Under the pieces are notes generated by a model that searched no databases, was not told the DNA's origin, and worked only from the letters and a program-made list of their open reading frames with translations. A stretch of DNA of 33,048 nt from a virus (Duplodnaviria; Caudoviricetes): the IMG/VR virus record IMGVR_UViG_3300043414_000161, positions 1 through 33,048 of that record. One strand, written 5' to 3'. Of the stretch, positions 1 through 6,695 are shown one piece after another; position 1 is the first letter of the stretch; every line of letters begins with the position of its first letter. The translations under genes and the position numbers were made by a program.

Positions 1-127
1 ACGAATTCTTTGCCAGCACAGACCTTGGCTACATACACCAAAGGGCAGACACCGAAATTGCCAAGTATCGTGAGATGGTTGACGGTGGAAAACGTGGGGC
101 TGCTAAACGCTGGCAATCCCCTAGCGA
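1..127. repeat. Terminal direct repeat (identical to 32922..33048); circular assembly overlap
   Basis: Exact 127-nt identity between the two ends; the initiator ORF reads through the join. Confidence 0.97.
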
Positions 128-575
128 TACCCCCCCTATTGCCACCCCTATTGCCCCCCCTAATGCTATCCCAATGCCAACCATTAACCATGAACCAATA
201 ACCAATAACCATAAACCAATAAAGAATACAGCCACTACCGTGGCAACGCCTGTCGGCGTTTCAGAATCCGTTTGGCAGGAATTTGTTTCACACCGAAAAG
301 CCAAAAGAGCCAAAGTCACCCAGTTGGTCATTGACGGAATTTTCAAAGAGGCCAACAAAGCCGGATGGACACTTGAGGACGCATTAAAAGAAACCATTGT
401 CCGAAACTGGCAGTCGTTCAAAGCAGACTGGGTTCTTGAAAAGCAGACCGCATCGCAGAAAGCCCAAAGCAATATGCACCAGTTGACACGGGGGCAGACA
501 GCGCCAGTTGCCAAGCCATTTTGGGCAAACACAGACATTTTGGAGGTGGAAAATGAACCAAGACTTTTGCGATAA
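3..575 (+). CDS. Replication initiator, YdaU/DUF1376-like (3' part; starts at 32735, ~253 aa in total)
   Basis: Continuous frame MHYYQFHIGDYKSHTHHLS...RADTEIAKYREMVDGGKRGAAKRW...WQEFVSHRKAK...NWQSFKADW; typical lambdoid initiator N- and C-terminal motifs; located after cro. Confidence 0.85.
   Translation, partial: EFFASTDLGYIHQRADTEIAKYREMVDGGKRGAAKRWQSPSDTPPIATPIAPPNAIPMPTINHEPITNNHKPIKNTATTVATPVGVSESVWQEFVSHRKAKRAKVTQLVIDGIFKEANKAGWTLEDALKETIVRNWQSFKADWVLEKQTASQKAQSNMHQLTRGQTAPVAKPFWANTDILEVENEPRLLR
130..220 (+). repeat. Putative replication origin: iterons inside the initiator gene
   Basis: Three 12-bp repeats CC(C/A)CCCCTA(T/A)TG (130-165) followed by six 7-bp AACCA(A/T)N repeats (179-220). 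Confidence 0.75.
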
Positions 576-915
576 AGACACCGGGTTTGATTACATTTTT
601 ACCCGAATGAGTGCAATTTACGGCGCTGGCTTTTCACGACATTGGGACGGAATTAACGCCAACCACGTCCGTGAGGAATGGAAGCGCCAGTTGGGAATCT
701 TCCTAACTTACCGCCCAAGCATGGACTACGCAATTGATTGCTTAAACCCTGATTACCCACCAAGCGCAATAAAGTTTAGAAACTTTTGCATTGATGGCCC
801 AAGAATACCGAGGGACGATAAACAGATTGTTTACACCCCAAAACCGATAGACCCCGAAGTAGTAGCCGATGCAAAAAGAAAACTCGCAGAATTTAGAAAA
901 CAATGGACAAATTAG
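553..915 (+). CDS. Putative helicase loader (lambda P-like position)
   Basis: GGAGG RBS, ATG 553; IFTRMSAIYG...W...YPPSAIKF pattern; directly follows the initiator. Confidence 0.55.
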   Translation: MNQDFCDKDTGFDYIFTRMSAIYGAGFSRHWDGINANHVREEWKRQLGIFLTYRPSMDYAIDCLNPDYPPSAIKFRNFCIDGPRIPRDDKQIVYTPKPIDPEVVADAKRKLAEFRKQWTN

Positions 916-1073
916 CCCAACACTACGCCAAATTTGCAATGCTGCCGGGATGGATAGACCACGTTTGGCACATGGTGAAGGAATACGAAAAGAATTCCCT
1001 GTGGAACGGGCTGGGGAAGTGCGTAGCCAAGCAAATCGAATTGTTGAAAAAACAGCAAAACATTGGGAAATAA
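903..1073 (+). CDS. Hypothetical protein (56 aa, MDKLAQHYAKFAMLPGW...)
   Basis: Own translation; overlaps the previous gene end and stops just before the next ATG. Confidence 0.6.
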   Translation: MDKLAQHYAKFAMLPGWIDHVWHMVKEYEKNSLWNGLGKCVAKQIELLKKQQNIGK

Positions 1074-1074
1074 C

Positions 1075-1908
1075 ATGAGCAACCCTTTCAAAATTGATAG
1101 TCCTACTTGCATTAGTTTTAGTGGCGGAAGAACTAGCGCTTATATGCTTTGGAGAATATTGGAGTCCAATAGTGGGCTACCAAATGATGCAAAGGTAATC
1201 TTTGCTAACACAGGGAAAGAATGCGAAGAGACATTGGAGTTTATTAGGGATTGTTCTGTCAATTGGAACGTGCCAATTACTTGGCTGGAGTATCAAGACA
1301 CAGAATCAAAATTTGAATTGGTGGATTTTGATAGTGCCAGCCGCAACGGGGAACCATTTGAAACATTGATTCGTAAACGTCAATATCTTCCAAATGTAGT
1401 TGCTAGATTCTGCACAGTAGAACTTAAAGTCAGAACTATGCACCGATACCTAAAATTTATTGGTTGGACTGAATGGGATTCAATGCTTGGAATTCGTGCA
1501 GATGAACCTCGCCGTGTTTCAAGAATTACAAATAACGATTACGGCAAACATGAAACAAAATCTGCGCCTTTGGCTAGTGTTGGTATAGGAGCGCAAGATG
1601 TTGGTGATTTTTGGAAAAAACAATCATTTGATTTAGGGCTTCCAAATTTTAATGGCGTTACCATGCACGGGAATTGTGACCTTTGTTATCTAAAACCAAT
1701 GTCACAAATAGCCAGCCTCATAGCAGAAAAACCTGAACGTGCAGTATGGTGGGCAAAAATGGAAGCGTTGGCGTTATCGTCTAAACCAAGTGGCGCTGTT
1801 TTTAATAAAGACCGACCTAGTTATGCTGCAATGTTGCAATTTTCCAAAGAACAACGAGATATGTTTGACCCTAAAGAAGAAGGCATTTCATGCTTTTGTG
1901 GGGATTGA
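1075..1908 (+). CDS. PAPS reductase family protein (PP-loop, Cys-rich)
   Basis: SFSGGRTS PP-loop, FANTGKE, RFCTVELK, GIRADE, GNCDLC and C-terminal SCFCGD motifs. Confidence 0.85.
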   Translation: MSNPFKIDSPTCISFSGGRTSAYMLWRILESNSGLPNDAKVIFANTGKECEETLEFIRDCSVNWNVPITWLEYQDTESKFELVDFDSASRNGEPFETLIRKRQYLPNVVARFCTVELKVRTMHRYLKFIGWTEWDSMLGIRADEPRRVSRITNNDYGKHETKSAPLASVGIGAQDVGDFWKKQSFDLGLPNFNGVTMHGNCDLCYLKPMSQIASLIAEKPERAVWWAKMEALALSSKPSGAVFNKDRPSYAAMLQFSKEQRDMFDPKEEGISCFCGD

Positions 1909-1909
1909 A

Positions 1910-2173
1910 ATGAGATACGCAGCAAGGACAGACGCTAACCAAACCGAGATAGTGATGGCGCTACGCAAAGCCGGGGCGTATGTTTGGGTAATTGGCCTAC
2001 CAGTTGACCTTTTGGTGGGCCACAACAACCGCACATTCTTGGTGGAAGTCAAAACCACCTCCAAGAAGCGTTTAACAAGCCTACAAGCCGACTTTTTTAA
2101 GAGTTGGTCAGGTAGTAGCCTAGAACGCATAGAAACGCCGGAACAGGCTTTGAAAATGATTGGAGTTTTATGA
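1910..2173 (+). CDS. VRR-NUC-like PD-(D/E)xK nuclease
   Basis: DANQTEIV..L...PVDLLVG...FLVEVK...LTSLQ..F motif set. Confidence 0.75.
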   Translation: MRYAARTDANQTEIVMALRKAGAYVWVIGLPVDLLVGHNNRTFLVEVKTTSKKRLTSLQADFFKSWSGSSLERIETPEQALKMIGVL

Positions 2174-2502
2174 GCAGCCTTGACAAAGCGGTTGACTACC
2201 TGCGTGACCACGCCGGGGACTATGCCGTAGCCGAGGCGCAACTGGTGTACATGACCGAGATGCGGAAAACCGTTAAGGCGCAACTAATGCGGGATTTTGA
2301 AATACATGGGCATAAAACCACAGCCGCCCAAGAACGGGAAGCCTATGCCGACCCAAAATATGTTCAACACTTGCTGGCGTTACAGGCTGCGGTGGAACAA
2401 AGGGAACGCACACGCTGGCTAATGGTGGCAGCACAGGCACGAATTGAGGCTGAAAAAGCAAACATTTATGCGGGAAACCGTACAGACAGGGCAATGCGAT
2501 GA
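2170..2502 (+). CDS. Hypothetical helical protein
   Basis: 110-aa ORF, ATGA-coupled on both sides, GGAG RBS. Confidence 0.7.
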   Translation: MSSLDKAVDYLRDHAGDYAVAEAQLVYMTEMRKTVKAQLMRDFEIHGHKTTAAQEREAYADPKYVQHLLALQAAVEQRERTRWLMVAAQARIEAEKANIYAGNRTDRAMR

Positions 2503-2826
2503 GTTTCCAAAAACACGATTACGTCCGCAGCAAGAAATTGCTCAAACTGGTTGCGGGGCTAGATTGCCAGTGCTGCGGGCGCTGGCGGCATGGTACAGGC
2601 GGCACACACCAATTGGGGCGGCGGCAAAGGCCGTGGGGTTAAGGCTGACGATAATTTGGTTGCTGCGCTGTGCCTGAAATGCCATTACGACATTGACCAA
2701 GGCGCACACATGACCAAAGAAGAACGGCAAGAAATGTGGCATAACGCCCATCTCAAAACGGTTGAACAGTTGGTCACCCGTGGCGAATGGCCTGTTGACG
2801 TGCCAGCGCCAAACGCTACAATGTAA
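2499..2826 (+). pseudogene. Frameshifted Zn-binding His-Me-type nuclease (DUF968/DUF1364-like)
   Basis: MSFQKHDYVRSKKLLKLVAGLDCQCCG in one frame and (A)GGMVQAAHTNW...LCLKCHYDID in the +1 frame; one extra G at 2577-2579. Confidence 0.7.
2795..2822 (+). promoter_or_regulatory. Sigma70-like promoter (candidate late promoter)
   Basis: TTGACG-N16-TACAAT. Confidence 0.65.
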
Positions 2827-2845
2827 GTACGGTGCTACCGCAGTT

Positions 2846-2877
2846 GCCCCGCTTTGGGGGCTTGCCCCCGTCTTTTT
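2846..2877 (+). terminator. Leader terminator/attenuator
   Basis: GGGGG-CTTG-CCCCC-GTC-TTTTT, with a competing GCCCC/GGGGC pairing upstream. Confidence 0.55.
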
Positions 2878-2887
2878 ACGAGGTCTT

Positions 2888-3247
2888 ATGGAAAACGAAG
2901 CCGCTGAGTTTATTGCCGCCCTGCTGCACAGTGGCACGGTGACGCATTTCATGCACTTGTCCACCGATTCGTACTCAAAACACCAAGCCCTTGGCACGTT
3001 TTACGTTGAAATAATTGACCTTGCCGACCAGTTTGCCGAAGCCTACATGGGCAAATACGAGCAAATCAAAAAGTTCCCCTCGGAATTTCACAGCGCCACA
3101 AACCCTGTAAAATACCTAGAAGGGCTAAAAGACTTTGTTGCTGAATCTCGTGAGGCATTGCCGCAAGATTCAGAATTGCAAAATTTGATTGACGAAATCG
3201 CAGATTTAATCAATTCAACCCTGTATAAATTGCGTTTCCTGAGTTAA
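2888..3247 (+). CDS. Dps/ferritin-like four-helix protein (DUF5856-like)
   Basis: GAGG RBS; THFMHL...SKHQALGTFY...DLADQFAEAYMG resembles Dps ferroxidase H/H/D/E spacing. Confidence 0.7.
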   Translation: MENEAAEFIAALLHSGTVTHFMHLSTDSYSKHQALGTFYVEIIDLADQFAEAYMGKYEQIKKFPSEFHSATNPVKYLEGLKDFVAESREALPQDSELQNLIDEIADLINSTLYKLRFLS

Positions 3248-3287
3248 AAAGCGGAAACCCCAAGCCGAGTAAGGGCGAGGGGCTTCC
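3246..3287 (-). terminator. Minus-strand intrinsic terminator-like hairpin
   Basis: Minus strand reads GGAAGCCCC-TC-GCC-loop-GGC-TT-GGGGTTTCC-GC-TTTTT; the G-U pair and U-tract work only on the minus strand. Confidence 0.5.
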
Positions 3288-3313
3288 TGACCACCACAAA
3301 AGAAAGGTTTGTA

Positions 3314-3547
3314 ATGGCTGATACCAATTTTACTTGCATGACCTGCAAGCACTTTAGAAACGCTGCGGTGATGGGCAGTTGCTCACGCTACCCGCAAACG
3401 CTAAACAAGCACCAAAACGACTATTGTGGCGAATATGCCGCAAAAAAAGCCCAATTGGTTGCCCTGCCTGTGTACGACATAATGACCGACACCGTGAAAG
3501 AAGCCCCCGTTGTAAAGCGTAAATACACACGGAAGGTGGCAGCATGA
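3314..3547 (+). CDS. Small Cys-rich (metal-binding) hypothetical protein
   Basis: CxxCxHF...CxRYP...CGE; AAAGG RBS. Confidence 0.7.
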   Translation: MADTNFTCMTCKHFRNAAVMGSCSRYPQTLNKHQNDYCGEYAAKKAQLVALPVYDIMTDTVKEAPVVKRKYTRKVAA

Positions 3548-3801
3548 TTCAGCCAATGAACGACCGTGTAGTGGTCAAACCCAATGTAAGAAAACTGTCA
3601 GACATTATTTACATTAACAACAAAGAGCCATTTAACGAAGGCACAGTTGTGGCAATTGGCCCAAAGGTTTATGATGTGGCTGTCGGTGACTTTATCAAAT
3701 ACGGCAACGGGGACTACCTTAATTGGCCTACCCACGCCATAGACGGACAGGACTACCAAGTAATCCAAGAGGCCGATATTTGTGCAATCGTTGAAACTTA
3801 A
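3544..3801 (+). CDS. groES: GroES/Cpn10 co-chaperonin
   Basis: IQPMNDRVVVK...GTVVAIGP...V.VGD.I.Y...QEADICAIV. Confidence 0.9.
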   Translation: MIQPMNDRVVVKPNVRKLSDIIYINNKEPFNEGTVVAIGPKVYDVAVGDFIKYGNGDYLNWPTHAIDGQDYQVIQEADICAIVET

Positions 3802-3816
3802 ACACAGGAAACTATC

Positions 3817-4221
3817 ATGGCAAATTCAATCGCAACAGGCGTAGCGTACAACGACCCGGAGTTCAGCACTATGTTCGTCACCGAACAGTTGGGCTATGCA
3901 GCAGGGGCGCAGGGCGCAGTAACTCAGGCTACTGACAAATCCACTGGCGTAACTCTTAACAAGTCCAGCGGTCAAATCACAATGAGCAATGCAGCGTTGA
4001 CTACCCTTACCAACGTATCGTTCACATTGACCAATAGTTTGATTTCGGCAAAAGACGTATTGATTACTAACGTTGCTGGCGGTGCTGCCACTTCCGGCAC
4101 TTACAACGTATTTGTGTCAACTATGGGCGCTGGAACTGCAACCATTGTGTTGCGTAACATTTCAGCCGGAACTTTGTCCGAAGCCGTAGTCATTAACTAC
4201 GCAATCCTTCACGGTCAATGA
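3817..4221 (+). CDS. Beta-rich putative virion/decoration protein
   Basis: 134 aa, T/A/G/S-rich, AGGA RBS. Confidence 0.6.
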   Translation: MANSIATGVAYNDPEFSTMFVTEQLGYAAGAQGAVTQATDKSTGVTLNKSSGQITMSNAALTTLTNVSFTLTNSLISAKDVLITNVAGGAATSGTYNVFVSTMGAGTATIVLRNISAGTLSEAVVINYAILHGQ

Positions 4222-4412
4222 ACGCCGCACGGGTGAAGACCCGACTTGAGGAATTGACGGCAGTCGCCAAGCAAACGGAGATAAACCTCCATGCGCTTGG
4301 CGGCGCTATTCAAGACTGCAATTATTGGCTTAAACAATTGGAGGACGAAGATGCCGCTAATCTCATCAATGACACCCAAAGCATTGAAGGCCAACATCAA
4401 GAAGGAAATTGA
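4218..4412 (+). CDS. Hypothetical coiled-coil protein
   Basis: ATGA-coupled ORF with heptad-like pattern. Confidence 0.55.
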   Translation: MNAARVKTRLEELTAVAKQTEINLHALGGAIQDCNYWLKQLEDEDAANLINDTQSIEGQHQEGN

Positions 4413-4503
4413 GGCTGGCAAACCTGTAAAACAGGCAGTCGCAATTGGTTATTCTGTACAGCGTGAAGCCGAAAAACCTAAAGCCAAGGCCAAAAAGAAA
4501 TGA
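4351..4503 (+). CDS. Small basic protein (MPLISSMTPKALKANIKKEIEAGKPVKQAVAIGYS...)
   Basis: GGAGG RBS before ATG 4351; Lys-rich; coupled to the next gene. Confidence 0.7.
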   Translation: MPLISSMTPKALKANIKKEIEAGKPVKQAVAIGYSVQREAEKPKAKAKKK

Positions 4504-4769
4504 AGCACGACAAGCCAATAGCCCATAAAACTACTGGTAAGGGCAAAACATATAACCCCACCGAACAAGGTGCGGGAATGACTGCCAAAGGTCGTGCTGA
4601 ATACAACGCTAAAAACGGCAGCCATTTAAAGCCGCCAGCCCCAAATCCCAAAACAAAGAAGGACGAAGGCAGGAAAGCATCATTTTGTGCTCGCATGGAA
4701 GGCGTAGTAAAGAACGCCAAAGGCCCAGCCGAGCGAGCCAAAGCATCATTAAAGAACTGGAATTGCTAA
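4500..4769 (+). CDS. Small basic protein (DUF6321-like)
   Basis: GMTAKGRAEYN...LKPP...RKASFCARM...LKNWNC. Confidence 0.7.
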   Translation: MKHDKPIAHKTTGKGKTYNPTEQGAGMTAKGRAEYNAKNGSHLKPPAPNPKTKKDEGRKASFCARMEGVVKNAKGPAERAKASLKNWNC

Positions 4770-4927
4770 TGAAACCCGGACTTTACGCCAACATCCACAA
4801 AAAACAAGAACGCATCGAGCGTGAAAAAGCGGCAGGTAAGACACCTGAACGCATGAGAGCGCCGGGGACTAAATGCGCACCCACAGCCAAAGCCTTTAAG
4901 GAATCCGCTAAAACGGCTAAAAAATGA
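4769..4927 (+). CDS. Small basic protein (MKPGLYANIH...)
   Basis: TAATG-coupled; K/R-rich; a recurrent phage peptide type. Confidence 0.65.
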   Translation: MKPGLYANIHKKQERIEREKAAGKTPERMRAPGTKCAPTAKAFKESAKTAKK

Positions 4928-5610
4928 AAATCACCCATAAGAAGGTCACAGAACTAATTCCTTATGTAAACAACAGCCGAACACACAGCGACACACAAGT
5001 GGCGCAAATAGCGGCAAGCATTAAGGAATTTGGCTGGACTAACCCGATACTGGTGGATGGTACAAACGGCATTATTGCCGGGCATGGTCGCCTTTTGGCT
5101 GCTAGAAAGTTGGGCTATGAAGAAGTTCCAACCATTGAACTGGCAGATTTGACCGAAAACCAAAAAAAAGCCTACATCATTGCCGACAACAAACTTGCCC
5201 TAAATGCAGGGTGGGACGATGAGTTGTTAAAAATTGAACTTAAAGAACTGTTGTCCGAAGGCTTTGCAATGGACATTTTGGGCTTTGACCAGTCCGAATT
5301 AGATGAATTGTTTGGCAAAGAAGAAGAACAACCCAAAGAAGGCACGGGCGCTGGCAGTCTTGCAGGGCGTTTTTTAATTCCACCATTTAGCGTATTAAAC
5401 GCTCGTGAAGGCTGGTGGCAAAACCGCAAAAGAGCCTGGCTTGCCTTGGGCATTAAGTCAGAGGAAGGCCGGGGGGGGGGGGATGACGTGGAATCTTCAA
5501 ACGGACGGAAAGCCAACGCAGCGCCCGGTGGTAGCGTAATGGTTGCTGGCTATGACAAAAACGGCAAAAGGCTTGTTGGGTTGAAAAACATAGGAAAATC
5601 TAATGGCTAA
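4924..5610 (+). CDS. ParB/Srx N-terminal domain protein with methyltransferase-type C-terminal segment
   Basis: LIPYVNNSRTH...FGWTNPILVD...IIAGHGRLLAA...ADNKLALNAGWD; then SLAGRFLIPPFSVLNAREGWWQNRKRAWLALGIKSEEGR. Confidence 0.9.
   Translation: MKITHKKVTELIPYVNNSRTHSDTQVAQIAASIKEFGWTNPILVDGTNGIIAGHGRLLAARKLGYEEVPTIELADLTENQKKAYIIADNKLALNAGWDDELLKIELKELLSEGFAMDILGFDQSELDELFGKEEEQPKEGTGAGSLAGRFLIPPFSVLNAREGWWQNRKRAWLALGIKSEEGRGGGDDVESSNGRKANAAPGGSVMVAGYDKNGKRLVGLKNIGKSNG
5471..5482 (+). repeat. G12 homopolymer (candidate slipped-strand switch)
   Basis: 12 consecutive G, by far the longest G run seen in the genome. Confidence 0.9.
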
Positions 5611-6394
5611 ACCATTGGCAACATGCCTTGAAACGGGCATTGGCGAAAAATACGGGCGTGAAGAAGTTACAGGCACAAGCATATTTGACCCAGTTTTATG
5701 CGAATTGGCCTATATTTGGTTTTCTCCCGTAGGCGGTTTAGTTTTAGACCCATTCGCAGGGGGCAGCGTTAGGGGCATTGTGGCAAGCAAACTAGGGCGG
5801 CAGTACATAGGCCATGAATTGCGGCAAGAACAGGTTAATGCCAACAGGGTGCAAGGGGGTGAAATATGCGTTGATGATGCCCACCCCCCGGCTTGGATAT
5901 GCGGGTACAGCCGAACAATTGACAGCACCTGCAAAGATGTGCAAGCCGACATGGTGTTTTCTTGCCCCCCATACGCAGACTTAGAGGTTTACAGCACCGA
6001 CTCAAAAGATTTAAGCACCTTGGCTTATGAGGAATTTAAGGGCGCATATTTTGAAATTATCAAAAAAACCTGCGCTTTGCTTAAAGAGGACCGCTTTGCT
6101 TGCTTTGTTGTAGGTGAGGTGCGGGACAAAAAAGGCAATTACTACAATTTTGTGGGCGATACTATTCAGGCTTTTAAGGAAGCGGGGCTAAATTATTACA
6201 ATGAAGCCATTTTGATCACCGCCGTTGGAAGCCTACCCATTAGGGCTGGCAAACAATTTAGCGCCAGCCGCAAATTAGGCAAAACTCATCAAAACATCTT
6301 AGTATTTGTTAAAGGCGATGGCAAAAAAGCCGCCAAAGCCTGTGGCGTAGTGGAAGTTGACTTGGGGGTATTAGAACCCGTAGCGGAGGACTAA
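5603..6394 (+). CDS. DNA amino-methyltransferase (N4-C/N6-A), catalytic part
   Basis: SAM motif VLDPFAGGS precedes catalytic FSCPPY; GTSIFDPVLCE; AGGA RBS; 8-nt overlap with the upstream ORF. Confidence 0.9.
   Translation: MAKPLATCLETGIGEKYGREEVTGTSIFDPVLCELAYIWFSPVGGLVLDPFAGGSVRGIVASKLGRQYIGHELRQEQVNANRVQGGEICVDDAHPPAWICGYSRTIDSTCKDVQADMVFSCPPYADLEVYSTDSKDLSTLAYEEFKGAYFEIIKKTCALLKEDRFACFVVGEVRDKKGNYYNFVGDTIQAFKEAGLNYYNEAILITAVGSLPIRAGKQFSASRKLGKTHQNILVFVKGDGKKAAKACGVVEVDLGVLEPVAED
6323..6347 (-). terminator. Putative terminator for the antisense gene, embedded in the MTase CDS
   Basis: Minus strand CGCCA-CAGGCTT-TGGCG-GC-TTTTTT, ~25 nt after the stop at 6371. Confidence 0.4.
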
Positions 6395-6592
6395 GGCTTG
6401 CAAGCCATTGGCCTTTGATTGCTCAATGTCAACTAATTGGCTATAAAAGCGTGGGTTGGTATAGCATTCAGCAGCAAGGGTAATTGCTTTGCGCTCTGTG
6501 CCAAGGTTAGGAAATTTGGCTGCAATGCTTAGTGCTTGCTGGTAGTTGCCTGTAATGTAGGCTGCTTTAACTTGGCTTAATTTGGTTTGCAT
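6371..6592 (-). CDS. Hypothetical 73-aa helical protein (MQTKLSQVKAAY...), moron-like
   Basis: Only credible minus-strand gene in the rightward arm; AAAGG RBS, own promoter; overlaps the MTase 3' end by 24 nt. Confidence 0.75.
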   Translation of the reverse strand: MQTKLSQVKAAYITGNYQQALSIAAKFPNLGTERKAITLAAECYTNPRFYSQLVDIEQSKANGLQALVLRYGF

Positions 6593-6620
6593 AAAAGACC
6601 TTTTGTATAGGGATGTGGAC

Positions 6621-6649
6621 ATTCTAAATGGAAAAAATGACAATTGCAA
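6621..6649 (-). promoter_or_regulatory. Sigma70 promoter for the antisense gene
   Basis: Minus strand TTGCAA-N17-TAGAAT with AT-rich upstream sequence. Confidence 0.75.
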
Positions 6650-6695
6650 CTTATTTTGTTAGGATTAACCCTAGCATTTCCCCTTTATAAAACAA

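Noticed and set aside
1-127. Terminal repeat as a biological DTR or att site
   Set aside because: Exactly 127 nt (a common assembler k-mer) and in the middle of a gene; best explained as circular overlap.
130-220. CRISPR-like array
   Set aside because: Repeats are 7-12 bp, adjacent and without spacers.
869-1078. Track ORF 869..1078 and extended starts (508, 1739, 2762, 4291, 4685, 8273, 16935, 20182, 29042, 32121)
   Set aside because: Shorter starts with an RBS or stop-start coupling, or the 903..1073 frame, fit better.
1075-1908. Complete dnd phosphorothioation or sulfur-assimilation pathway
   Set aside because: No DndA/D/E or other cys genes recognised.
4924-5330. ParB as evidence of a plasmid-prophage partition system
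   Set aside because: Only the ParB/Srx N-terminal domain is present, with no ParA or parS array; this domain often precedes terS or MTases.
5471-5610. G-tract slippage directly fusing ParB to the MTase
   Set aside because: The MTase frame has stops at 5537 and 5591, and the third frame stops at 5484.
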